Shown piece after piece: positions 25,801 through 39,646 of a DNA stretch of 64,000 bases. Made by a program: the position numbers and the translations under genes. The notes beneath the pieces are model-generated. The model was not told the origin of the DNA. It did no database searches and saw only the letters and a program-made list of their open reading frames with translations. The stretch is taken from positions 3,658,001 to 3,722,000 of the forward strand of contig OZ037765.1 in assembly GCA_964035545.1 (NCBI GenBank). The letters are read 5' to 3'. The DNA comes from Bugula neritina (taxonomy: Eukaryota > Animalia > Bryozoa). Numbering within the stretch: the first letter of the stretch is position 1; each line of letters begins with the position of its first letter.

Positions 25801-28800
25801 ATAGTATAGCAGTGATAAATGCTTACATCTTTATACGTCTCTCTTCATATTTCTTATCTCAAGGATAGATTTTTATTAATGACAGTTGACACTGTTGGGC
25901 GGTTGATGGCAAGTAGCATATTTGCACTAGCAGGATAGTTCAAATCCAATGATAATTATGTATTAATATAATTTATGATGCCTGCTGCAAATTCAAATAA
26001 TTTTGACAGCTTCAATCGAGTGAGTGAATAGAGGATGGGTGTGAAAAAATTAATTTCAAACATAAATCAAAGATTATGCGCTAGAAACTTTCAGCTAAAG
26101 TTGGTAAAAAGCAATTTCATGGTCAGTTTATACTGAGCAACCAGATTTGTTATCTTGCAAGTAGATTTTAGTAGCTTTTAAAATAATCTGGAGAGAAGGG
26201 GTTACATGTAACTAAAACCAAGTACCTGAAGTTAAAATTGTAACATTTAATCATTAATAGAATCACAATTTAGAAAGTCAAGACAAAAATGAACATGAGT
26301 TTTGTTATTGCTTTTGATGAAATGTAAAGAAGCCCTAAGTTTAAAAACTGCTATTCTGATTTATCTTCTCATGTCTATAATGTAGCTGCTTTAATTTTAT
26401 ATGTCTATTTTAACTATTAGCAATTATAATCGTTATACCTTCTACAAACTTCTTTTTAAAAAAAGCAAGTGAATTTAAGAATAATTATAATGTTCAATAA
26501 AATGCAGTAAAATGTTAGCCTTAAAGCTCTATTCCAAGAATAAGTTTAATAAAATGACTAGCTTGAGGTTCTAGTATATAGAAGCTCCTTGAAAATCTCT
26601 GCTGAATCGTTACCAGCAGTTTGGGAATACTTTAGCAGTGAACACAAAACTTCCGCTTTAATTGTCATGTTTTTCTGCTATTTATAACTTGCAAATGTAT
26701 AAATATATTTTTGGAAATTACACCTATGACAATATTGTTATTTTCTGTTCCTGCATGGTTGAAACTGAGTTTTATAAATAATTTCGAAAGAGATAAATTA
26801 AAGTGATTTCGCTGAAACATATAAGCATATAATAGGTATAACTCTTAGCTGGAAGGTATGGCTATGAGAATGCAATAATAGCATTGCAAAACATTCTCCA
26901 TCAAACTAACAAACAAAGTTTAATATGGGAAAAAAACATATTTTTGATATTCATAATAATGTTGGGTCATAATTGATAAATTATTCACTAGACAGAAGTC
27001 TGACCAGACAAGACCATCTGCCAATAAATCTGAATTATTGTTCCTGAGTTGCCAACGAAACAGATTAGCTTGTTTTTAAACTTAAATGAAACTTGTAGCT
27101 TTACATTCACAGTGTCCATGCTATGTACTATATATAGCTTTAGCATGTTACTATCAATACATCATATACTACTGGTGCAAGTTCTTTATTATTTGTGCTC
27201 AAATCCACTGACTTATAACAGTAAAAATTTAACCTAAAATTCTAATGCCATTTACTATAACAGCATATGGTGTTAAAATGATAACTAAATGATAATGGAA
27301 GAGCCTCACAACATTGGATGGGCACATAAAGCAGCCATAAAATCTGAAGTTTCGACATACTTTTCAACAAAGGGCGTGTAATGACTCAGGAAATAGAGTT
27401 TTATGGCCGCTGTAATTTCAACAGACATTAACTCATTATTATTTATAGGAGTGCTACTAAAACAATGCTTCATCTAGCTTAAAACATATCTGAAATGCCT
27501 CAGCAAGTAGCATGGCCTTCATAACCTGTCAATCATACTTATGTTCAAACATGCAAAATATGGAAGGCTGTATCCCACCACCCGACAATGAAAATGCCAG
27601 GCTGTCTAAAGCTAAGTCTATCTTGGCATTAATAGCATCGCTATCAACATTCAAAGCATTCTTTTACTGTTCACGTAGCTGTGGGCTAAACTTAATTTGA
27701 TACAATTCTTTATAGCAGATTACTCAGGGCTTCTCTTTAGCAGCTGTTGAATACATAAAAAGTTGACTTAGAAGATCAAATAAATGCAACGACTTCATAG
27801 ATGTGTAGGCCAACTGTGACGCAGCTTTGTCTTAGCATGTTGCAACAGTAGTTCACGGAGCATCCAATTAGTTTTTCAAAGGGGGTCTTACATTTCTCCA
27901 TCTTACCAGAACTATTATATTTCAGCTTTAACATTTTTGTTCTACATGTAATAAAACTCATGAAATAACTCCCTTTTGTTTTTCAAGATCAAAATAATGT
28001 GCTTTAGTATGTCTGCAAATGCCCAAAGGTTATGTTATGAATTCAAAGTCAAAAGCTATATGATTCTTTAATTTGAGACTTTTCTCTACAACAAGTTGGT
28101 TTTGGTTTTGCAGCATCTAAAGAAGATGCATTTCTTCACGCTGTCACATCAGCCGGGATAGCCCATGCTGTCGCCAGAGGGTGCGCTAGTGGTACAATCT
28201 CTAAGTGTTCCTGCAGCAAGATGAAGAGACCAGATGACCTGCACAATGACTGGGTGTGGCAAGGGTGTGGAGATGACGTGAGTTACGGCTACAACTTTGC
28301 TTTGGCATTCGTAGATCTCCGAGAAAAAGAAAGCAATCACCCGAAAGGATCGGAGGGATTGGCTCTAACCCTCATGAATACGCATAATAATGAAGCAGGT
28401 CGCAGGGTAAGATAACTCCTTTGTCAAAATTGTTGAGACTGGAAAATAACTCACACCTTATTCCCATAGTATTTCGATTATTTGTATAAACGGAATAATT
28501 CAGAATTGCATTATACTCATATACTCATAGAGTCGTAGTATGTCATAATGATCCAAACTTTCCTAATGAATTTTTTTTTTCTGTTGTTTTGTCAAAACGG
28601 AATTAACGTTTTATGCTTGGCTATTTTTACAGAATGATAAATAAACTGTTGACCTATTAAATGTTTGTAGACACAAATATAGGTGTGTCTGAGTTCATTT
28701 TTCATTCAACTTTTGTTGATATTTACTGCATGGCACCAAGTTTGAACACACTAAATGCATTGCTATAGTGGCTGCACAATTTCATATTACCTATTATTGT

Positions 28801-29907
28801 AGTTATCCATTTCTTGTTTTTGATTTTGCTTTTGGCAAACGCACTTGCCAACAGTAGAAAATAATAGAAAAAGATCGGCTCCCAAATGGCGCCTGTTCCC
28901 AAATCATTTATCAATTATGTTCATTACTTTGAAACTCACCCTACGCAGTTAATTTATTACTACATTATACACTGCCAGTTCTAGAGCTGTTTAATTAGAC
29001 CTTTGGTTCGTACTCATAATTAAATGGGTAGATTGAAAGAAAATTTAAATAAACGAATCATTATGAATGAAAAACTTGTTGAGTTGAAAATGATTTTAAT
29101 AATAACATCATCATTGTGGCTTCATCTATAGAAAGTATGAGTCAACCTTTTACATTTACACACTATTTGAGTTGAAACTGTACACACAGATAATTTCCTA
29201 GTATCCATTTGTGTGATGTCTGGTGATTCATGCACATAAACTGTAGCCAACAACCTTTTAGCTGCTATTATAAGTCAAACATAACAAATGCTGTTCATTT
29301 TGAAAATCACCTTTTCTTCATTACCAAGAATCGATATAAAATAAATAGAAAAATATATAAAAATATATTTTCATACTGCAATAATTATTAGGATTCGTAA
29401 CTGTAACTTATTTTTGTCTGTTTATGATTTTAGACGGTGTCAAAAGACTACGTGGTGGCCTGTAAATGTCATGGAGTCAGTGGCTCGTGTGAGCTGAAAA
29501 CTTGTTGGCAGGAGTTATCTCCTTTTAGAAACATCGGAAAGAAACTAAAGGACAACTATAACATAGCCATGCAAGTCGGGTTCAATAAAGACGGCACTGG
29601 GTTAAGAAACAAGGCAAAGTCAAAACGATCAAAGCGTCGAGCTAGCAAAGAAGAATTAATATATTTAAAAGTCTTACCTAGCTTATGTAAAAGAAAGGCT
29701 GACGGCTCCATCCCTGATAGCATGGTGGGTCGTAGGTGCAACACTACTAGTACAGGGGAAGACAACTGTGATGTTTTATGTTGTGGGCGAGGCTCTGAAA
29801 AAAGAACAGTAGCAATAAAAGAACGATGCAACTGCGTGTTTCAATGGTGTTGCTTTGTTAAATGTGACGAATGCATACGATACGAAGAGCAAGATTTCTG
29901 CGTGTAG
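16874..29907 (+). CDS. WNT5: Wnt family ligand, Wnt5 subfamily (372 aa, 4 exons)
   Basis: Exons 16874-16956 (signal peptide MRKMLKIGQSTLFILFNIAFQCITSQSW), 23446-23714, 28114-28406 and 29434-29907; 1119 nt in frame. Wnt hallmarks are ECNFQF..WNC, GCGDD, MNTHNNEAGRR, CKCHGVSGSC, LCCGRG and CNCVFQWCCFVKC. Wnt5-diagnostic segments are LYLLGAAPKC, DHM, KRPDDLHNDWVW and FVDLREKESNHPKGS. Confidence 0.93.
18943..19021. repeat. (TG)n/(TGCG) microsatellite
   Basis: Directly visible in the sequence. Confidence 0.95.
20262..20540. repeat. Degenerate (ATGCT/ATACT)n pentamer satellite in Wnt5 intron 1
   Basis: Repeated TATGC/TATAC units forming 10-12 bp higher-order repeats. These explain the spurious ORFs at 20278 and 20306. 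Confidence 0.9.
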
Positions 29908-31318
29908 CATTGGTTTTTAGACAGTTCAAATACTCTTACTTCAATACATGCCATTAAATTAATGAAACCTACTCACTTATATTTATTTTGTATATTTTCG
30001 ATCTATGTTTGTACCTTTATTGATAATGGTTTGTATATAAAAGCACACTACTATTATACACATATTTTGTGTGCAAGCTAAAGCAAGCTGTTAAATTGTA
30101 AAATGAATTATGTATATCCCATAACTTTAAGCAATCTTAGAAAAAAGTCACTCAATTTTTCAGGTTGGCTTAGCTCTGATAGATTTAATTTTTAAAATTG
30201 ATTAAAACTTTTAAAGTAATGCTATTTTTATTGTAAAAATATTCCTCCAGCAAGTTCTCTTGTGCACTAGAATGTTTGTGTTGTCATATGCTACAGGTAC
30301 ACATATTTATACGAGTAATAACATATAGTACCTGCAGTGTACATCACATCCCATCTCAGTCTACATAAATCTTATATACAGTGTTGCCACCAAATGCCTT
30401 GATTTATCAACTACTATATTTCCATTTACTTATAGTTCTTCACAGTATAATGTATGCACATACCAGACAGCTGTTTACACATAAAAACTATGAGGGAAAA
30501 CATGTTATTTGACTGAAAGTAATAATGTTACTCTCTAACTATATTTTCTTACAGTAAATTCATCTTACATAACATTATGTTTAGATTGTCCAGCACTTGG
30601 TGTTTAATGCTGCGAGAAAAGTTTTTATTAGTATTGTGCTATTGCTGTATTGTCATCAATTTTTTCCTCAACATCTTTATTCATTTTTGTAATTGACAAA
30701 TTACATTAATATTATTTGTAAATAACTTATTATAATTATTATATATTATATCGTAATGTTATTGCTGTTATTATTAGGTATTGTTAATAAGTTGACAAAT
30801 AAAAAAGAAAACACTACATTCTATTCATGTTTTTCACCTAAAAAATGTTCTTTGTTGCATCTTGAATGGAAAGTAAACACATTTAGTCTTTAAAGTAGCA
30901 ATTCTTACTTTAATATTCAATACAAATGACCAATTAGCACAAGTTTAAGCACCATAAATATTAAAATAAATCAGTTGTAGCTATAATCAATTACATAATG
31001 CTAAAAAAACTCAGCCTTCATGCAGGGGTAACTGTACCCATGGATAAGCATTTGGTCAAAGTTGGGTGCCGCATAAGTTGAGGGTTATCCCAGACAGAAA
31101 ACACATTGTATTACAAAGATTAATATTTAAAATCTCATTACTTATTCAACCACAGGCTGCATTTAAAATAATATGTATCTTATAATAAGCTTAAGTAGAA
31201 AATGCTTTAAAAGTATTTCCTCCTATGGAATGAAAAAATTAAATTTTAAGAGTAATTGTTTTTTTTTTGTAAATTGGCTCAGATTTCTATACCAGTTGGT
31301 AGATGCAAATGACCCCAC

Positions 31319-31394
31319 ATATATAGATATAGTGCTATCTATATATCTATATATCTATCTATCTATATATCTATCTATCTATTTATCTATTTAT

Positions 31395-31445
<51 letters not shown>

Positions 31446-31482
31446 CCTACCTACCTATCTATCTATCTATCTATCTATCTAT

Positions 31483-31520
<38 letters not shown>

Positions 31521-31554
31521 ACCTACCTACCTACCTACCTACCTACCTACCTAC

Positions 31555-31602
<48 letters not shown>

Positions 31603-31654
31603 TTATCTATCTATACTATCTATCTATCTATCTATCTATCTATTTATCTATCTA
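31319..31654. repeat. Compound tetranucleotide microsatellite (TATC)n-(TGCC)n-(TACC)n-(TATC)n
   Basis: Directly visible in the sequence. Confidence 0.95.
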
Positions 31655-31856
31655 TTATGATTCCAGGCAGCAATATAAGAGCTGCCACATATATTTATGA
31701 AATAATACGAAAAGGTAACACAGCTTTGGTAATATAAGAGAAGAGTTTTAATGTTATATCACATTTATATTATGCAATGTTGTTATTATTCAACAAAATA
31801 TCTCAAATGTCTACCCCCATGATGCTAATTATCAAAACCTACAACATCTAGGCTAC

Positions 31857-32090
31857 AACAAAGTATTGTGATTATAAAGTTACTATAATAATATTTAATT
31901 ATGTTGAAAATCTCAGTAGCCCCTGTGAGAACTTAATGTTGGTAAGGGTCGTGCATGCAACGCACCGTACTGATACAATAGTCTGACAGCAGACACAGAT
32001 GACGGGATACTGTTCTTGACATTGCTATTGACCCTGCTAGGATATCAACCTATCAGTGTGCCAGTACACTAACCCACAGCTGCTTCTTTC
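31857..32090 (-). mobile_element. tRNA-derived SINE, highly diverged copy 4
   Basis: Shares CCCTGTGAGAAC with copy 3 and ends in ACACTAACCCACAGCTGCTTC like copies 5 and 6. Confidence 0.45.
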
Positions 32091-33445
32091 ACTGTAACTA
32101 TGGTACGGCCATATTAACACACTTAGTTAGCATAGGTAATGTTTTTAGTTTGAATTTCATGCACTAATAATTTTTATGGATCTATTTATAAAAAAGTTAA
32201 AATTTTTTGTAACATATAAGTTTTGTGGTTGAAAGCCACCTATCATTAGGTAAGTGCAAAGTAGGTATCCATAAGTTATGTTGTTTAAATGGTTTTAATA
32301 TGTCGTCTAAAACCGCAATTATAATTGTAGACCATCGTTTATGAAATTATTTGCATTAAGGAAATGCTTTCCACCACTTTTTTATATTGTATAGGAAAGC
32401 TGAGATTAAGTCATTCCATTTCTCTGAAGGATATGTTTATTAAATAGATAGACTCCACGTTGTAGGAGGCAAAGTAGCCATTTGGTAGCATTCAATGATA
32501 AATATTGGGGCATTTATATCTTCTAGCGTTTCAGAAATATTCTGATATCATAAAAATATGAAATGATAGAATATTTCAAGCCTTTACATAATACAAAGAA
32601 TATTTCACTTTATATGACCAAAGACTTTGTATAGGTTCTCAAACTACATGCAAAAGTATAAGCACTGTAAAGGGAATCAAATAACTTTTCCCACTAGCAA
32701 ACCTGTCTTATTCAGTACTTTCTCATTATAATGAGTGATCTACATGTACCTGTAGATCTGAATGCATAACCGTCAGTCAAAGTAATTTATTTACTTTCCA
32801 AAAGTTATTGATTCTGCCAAGCAAAGCTGTCACTGTTCATGTGACTTAGCAATGAGTTACGGCTAGTCTTTTTACATATATTTATTTATAATGAAAAAAT
32901 GTACAATTTACCTATAAAAACACAGTAAAGAAAGAAACCACTTAAGCAACATTTGCTACGTACAATATATACATACATGTTAGGGTCCCTTTGAAAGAAA
33001 GTCAAAAGCAATGAAAGTTTGATGAAGTCATGACAAGAATATAAAACATATGCCTAAACTATCAACTTATAATTTTAGCTGGGGCCACACGCTATATCAA
33101 TTAAAAAAAAAATCATTGAAATGAAAATGCATCGTTTTACTTTGTAAAAGAAACTCCAGGGAACACAAATTAATCAAAATTATCAAATTTTTGTTTTTCA
33201 TAAAGCTTATGAAAAAATGACTTATTATGTTTTAAATTTGAATTAAAAAGTTTGTAAAACAAAATAATAATGAGCTTGACAAAACCAGGAACTCATGTAT
33301 GGGTTTGAAAGTTTGCAGCAGCTAAGAATAGCAATGAAAGTCAGAAATAGTAATTATTAGTTACACAGTGCCACGGACTCCAGAGCCTAACAAAAACTGT
33401 TTCAGCCTGAAATTTATTGTAAAACAAAATTGCTTCAGCATACAA

Positions 33446-33647
<202 letters not shown>

Positions 33648-36508
33648 GATATGAAGAAAATATATTCTTTGAAGTCACTATTATATAAGTTCAATATTTT
33701 GTTTAATTACTTCAAACTACAAATGTGTATATATACATATGTATTGTTATGCAAGAATTCCAATAGTACCTCAAAAAGCTTCATATCAGCTTAAGCACAT
33801 CATACATTTAGAATTTTTTTGCAAAAGATGTTGGCTATAAATGAACACGCAGAGTTGTCATAACATGTGAGTGAAACCAGCGCTGCACAGCTGCCTGTTG
33901 CATATAAATGCCAAGCTTCTACGTGAAATATGTCAGAACTGACGCTATCCATGTCAGAATTTGCCTTAATTAATAACCTGTTATATAACAACAATCTACT
34001 AAACAGAAGCTTCATGTCAAGCAATCATTTTAAATGTTTCTAGCAGATTTCTAGCATACCTGAAAAGTTGTGCAGGCATACATATTTTAAATTGAATGTA
34101 GCTATTTTTAAATTAATTGTTAACAATATTGGCACAGAATAGAAGAATTGCATGCATATATGAAATGCATTCTGTTATAGTTTACGGCATTTCCAACAGA
34201 TTCCTAGCAGAAATTTATCTGTCAGTAAAGATTGAGGTAAAGCAAACAGGTAAGCAAGAATGTTAGTTGCTTACAACCGATAATGCTCGGAATTTGTGAT
34301 GATGGCTGTGCAGGTGTTTGTAGTCTTGTAACACTTTATAGTCTTGAAACAAGAGGTAAGCTTGTAGAGACCCTGAATCACATTTCAAATGAGTAACACT
34401 AATACAGAGTAGAAGAAAAGTTAGTGCAGGTCATACAATACATGTGTCATCATTATCTTTCATATAAGTGCATCTTAAGATTATACAATTTCTGATTCGG
34501 TTTTCTTTCTCTCCTACACGTTTGTTACAAGCAGAGTGCAGAAAGTGCTGTTACATTACCCAAGGGCTTAGATTTTGTTTAGTACAAAATATTATATGAA
34601 TGGCATAGATGATTGTTCACATGTGGAGAAATATTTTTAGAAGTGCAAGAACTTCATTGTAGCTACATATAAGGTACCACCTTCACCATAATCCTCTTAA
34701 AAGTAATGAGAATTCACCTAGAACCAGAATATTTGCTTTCATTTTGGTTTTATGTAAACTTTACAACTTGACAGCCAATTATAATATATTAGACAATAAT
34801 TTTTGCAAATGAAAGTTTTCAGTGCCCCACCCCCTTCCCCCAATTAGAGTCTGCCACATTTTAGTGCATGCAGTATCAATGATATAATAATATTGTACAT
34901 AGTGCAGTCCTTCATTTTTCTCATCTACATAATATATTAGCTACCGCAATGTGCAAGTCAAAGTGAATTTTAAAAACAAAGGTCCTATACACTTTAAGCA
35001 AAGTTATAAAAAATGGTACGTGTCTTTTTGACATGCTAACACACAGCTTGATTAATTACGGAACAGATTTTATAAGAAACAATGCATTCCAAATCACATA
35101 CCTTTCAATGTATGCATATTTCTAATTACTATTTCATTTTTAACTTCATTGCATAACAACAGTATGCAGATGAGGTGTGTTAGGAAAACTCAATCAAGTC
35201 TTCTGATGTAATAGACATTCATTATCAGATAATGTTGCTTATGGCAAAGGAAATATACATATACTTTATATCTTAAGACTACAATAATCAAGACAGAAGT
35301 ACCATTAAAGCTAATTAGTAAAATTTTATTTCACCATAATCAAACCGAAAAAAAGATGTTAATTTTTGCATTAACTATTAAGCATATTATCAGGTCATGT
35401 ATTTAGACTTTAGAGTTATAGTTATAACATAGTTTACTGCCATATAAAAGTTTATTGTCAGCATTTTAAGTTATGTCTTTAGAAATTGTTTAGATATAAA
35501 AGGGTCAAAGTTCCAGCCTCTTTATAGTCCACAAAAAACCTCACTGCTATACACGTCTGCTTGTGTAAGTAATTTTATTTAATGAGATTTTACTGAATTA
35601 ATCTCTTTAAAACTTTCAGTCTTACACAGAACTGCAGCTGCCAGTAACAACAGTTTTTAAACGCTTTAGTTTCATGCAGCTTCTTATAGAAATGCAACGT
35701 CGCTAGCGAAACAAAGCAAAGGAGAATATAACTCTTAAATTGAAAGCATTAGCTTCTAGTATTTGGTTCAATTTTATAATATTATTATTGAGGTTAGGTG
35801 TTTGTATAACAATATGTCAAAACATGCGTGGATGATTTTTATTATAAAACAGAAACTGGGAAATTTCCTATAATATCCTATGTCGAAGTCACAAACATTC
35901 ACTTGTAGAGTAGAGTTGTTTAAATATTGCATAAATTATTCCAACTGAAATAATTGGTACATTTCTAAGCAAATTTCAACCGCAGAGTTATCTTCTTTGG
36001 AGAGGACCTCAATTAAAGAAACTAACCAAAACTGTTGGAATGAATATTTTAAATTTTACTGTGCCATATATTATGCCCTTATTTTTTTAAAATGCTATTT
36101 TCACTGCAAAAGTGAAAAACAATCTACACTAATTTTAGTAGCTGTTGCAAGTTGCTTTTTCAGTTTAATAAATTTCAAAAATAGAAATGAGTTCATATAG
36201 GAAAAAGCAACAAATGTTTGTAATATTAACTAGAGACAAATAAATTGTTACAATATTTAGTTATTATTACTCAAGGTCCAGGTGAAAGCTAAACTATTGA
36301 GAGAGAGTAACTCCCAACTACCAATGTGTTTTCTCTAATTGTGCTAGGTAAATGCATGTCCATATTATATATTATTATATTATAAGCATTATATATCGAT
36401 CTGATGAATAATATGCTATGCTATATTATACACATAGTTTGTTAGAAATATTATATATCAGACATATCATATATTACATACCATACATATTAAATATACT
36501 ATCTATGA

Positions 36509-36511
<3 letters not shown>

Positions 36512-36582
<71 letters not shown>
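36512..36582. repeat. (TA)n microsatellite
   Basis: Directly visible in the sequence. Confidence 0.95.
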
Positions 36583-36585
<3 letters not shown>

Positions 36586-37994
36586 ATTATAATAATAATA
36601 TAAAACTATTAAATAGATATAACAATCACATTGTAATGTTGTTAATGTAATTATATTTTTATATTCAGTGTTATTAGCAAAATTTATTATAAGGAGATAT
36701 TTTATAAACATATGTTAATAATTACATTCGGCTGTGATGATTATGTTTGAGAAAAAAATATATAATATACTAACCAAAATTAATTGCTTTAATATTGTAT
36801 ATTTGCAGTTTGTAAATAATTAAACAATATTTAGAATTTTTTTGTTTTTTGTTTGTTATAGGATAGTCATTGAGCTTTCATTCATACATTAGTTCAGCTA
36901 GTTAAGAGTTGTCTTTTTATTTCTACGTTGAAGATTTGATATAATTCGTGGCTTTTCACACCAACGTAAATACAAGCTAGAAAAGTGTATAAATTAATTA
37001 AAGTTGCATATTACTTGTATAGTAAAGTTTTATAACCAAAATTATTTAGCAATGTATAGCTAGACCAACCTAACTCTATCCAGTTTTTGAAGTATTATAT
37101 TGTTGTGTGAAAAATTAACTGCATTAAGGCAAAACACACAATTATAAAAAGTACATAACAAAAGTTTTACTTTAAAATTTACAGAAATACAATGCAATCA
37201 ATACGTAATAAATTGGGTCTTACAAAGAAATATTACATGTTGTTATATATAATGTAATGTAGTATGATAGAGTATTATGATAGTAGAATTTATTACAGCG
37301 CCATCATTTATAACTGATACGCTGCTGTATATTCCACAAGATGCCATATAACTGCAAGAAGACCCATAAAAAAGTTGAAAGCTGACTCATTATAAAGAAA
37401 TAAGGTTTCGTTTTCAAATTACCATAACATACTGTCTAAACTGTGCATGAATGTTTATTCAATTGCTAGGAGTGAACATTCATTTTTTATTTAAAAGCTA
37501 TTCATTACTGTCATGACTCATGATAACACAAGCTTTTCATGCATATACGTGCACATTATAATATACAATTAGTTATTCATTCGGAGTTGTTTTCTCTTAA
37601 GTAAACTTTACACTGATGACTAATGGTGGCCCGTATGCAATAATTACGTTTAGTATGGCGTGAGTCTTCACAAAATAAGGCGTGTCTAAAAGTCTAACCA
37701 TGGCTCACATTGTTTACTTTATGCAGTCGGGGACTTAATCTACACATCGATAAAAAGTAGTTTTGTTTTATAGATTTAATCTAAAACAGGAAAATTCTGT
37801 CTCAAAACTATTGAAAATGAATACGTGAGTGACCAACGTAAGTGTAAGTCAAGAGTATCAGTATGGCACGATACACGATTAGCATCATGATCATTCTGAT
37901 CTTCCACGTCACTCATTAAAACTATAAACTTCACACTCACAGCAGTAGATGCTACAAGAAACATAGCAAGATAAAGTTGTACTAAAAATTGGAA

Positions 37995-38450
37995 GTTGAG
38001 ACTGATATTGATAGTGATACTCGTACTGATACTGATACGATATTGATTCAGATTGATTTTGAGTCAACACTCCAAGAGTCTTAATTCAAAGGCAAAAGTG
38101 AAAGTAAGTAGTATTAAGTCAGTAACTATAAATCACTGAAAGAAGTGTTAAACTCAAAACTAAAAGTAAAAGCCAAAGCAGAAAATTAAAAATAAATTAT
38201 AATTATTAATTACAATTATTATTAATATTATGATTATACACAATAATTATAATTTATAACATAAATAATAACTAAACTCTAAGACTAATGTCATTTGAGT
38301 TTTGCCTAGGGCTAAGGTTATGCTGAAGCTCATTGCCATACTCATACTGATATTGTGAACCGAAACTCAAATCAAAATTGAAACTTGAGCTGGGGCTGTA
38401 ATTGTAAGTCAAAGTCAAAGTCATTAACTGTAAAATAAACATAAAATTAA
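37995..38450. repeat. Degenerate hexamer-period low-complexity tract
   Basis: ACTGAT/ATTGAT, AAAGTC/AAAGTA and ATTATA-like units recur with a ~6-bp period. Confidence 0.6.
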
Positions 38451-39646
38451 CCTAATGCTAGTGTGATTGTCGGATTAATCATCAACTTACACTGAACTAA
38501 CTGGTACTGGTAGACTAAAGCTCATGACTTGCGACAACAAAAAGCACCAAAACAGAGAGTAATAAGAATGGCAAGATATACTCGATATGATATGACCCAC
38601 CTTAAGTTTACACATAGTTAATCTGAAAAGTGACTGGCACTCAAAAATCAGTATCAATTATCACAAAACTGTAGCCATTACCTCAGCACTGTCTTGATTG
38701 ATAGCATACACTCACTTTGTTATGTGGATACATACAGAATATACAATAAACTATAGTCTATGCAGATAAATACAGAAATATATGATCTAAAGCTACTTTG
38801 ACCAAAACATAACTAACCTTAGACAATAAAATCATAAAAAGTGAAGGTAAATGTTGAAGACAGTTTTATCTAGAGTTTTGACTTCAAGATTATGTCATTA
38901 ACACAAATATAGCTATAAGATGTCCTAGAAGTTCAGGGAACTAACTTGAACAATTATGTCAACTGAAATACTATACTGAAAAATTATGCCTTCAACGAAA
39001 TTTTAAATCACAAAAAGGTGTGAGATGAGTGTAGCTGGTGCCCCTGATGTGGAGAAGGAGGCAGGCATTAAACATTACATGAGTTGTACATAGGCCTTAA
39101 ACAATATCTGTTAGTCTAACTTTGCTAGTAGAAAATTCCTGTTATCAAACTATATTACCTTTTCTACAAAATGCATTTGATTTTTAGCAAATATAATGTC
39201 AATGTCACTCAAAGTTTTCAGAGTGAATGCAAAATCACATTATTTTTAATATTACGCTATCAGGGTTTCATTAGCTGGCAATATTATATTTATGAATTTA
39301 CTGCGCATCTTAACCAAGTGGGTTAACCTCACCCTAGTTACTAACCCGATTAATTTACAGTCCTAGATGTTATCATTGCATTCTTATTGGCTAGTCACAG
39401 CCACACCGCATTCCTAGTATTTGGCATAAGGCCAGCAATTCATACTCTCGTGAATAACAACGTGACGTGTTCGTGCAATCAGTAGCGTCTGATAACTATT
39501 ACTTTGGGTTGAATGGCACACTCCATTCATGACTATTTATTGTGTAACAAAAGCTATACATTGCTTGCCAGTTTCAACACCTTTTAATAAACAAAGTATA
39601 TTTATTCAATTTTATGAATCAAAATTTATATTTCTTTAGGTTGAAA

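Noticed and set aside
31173-31700. 175-aa ORF with YLSI repeats
   Set aside because: It is a translation of the tetranucleotide microsatellite, with no splice or domain evidence.
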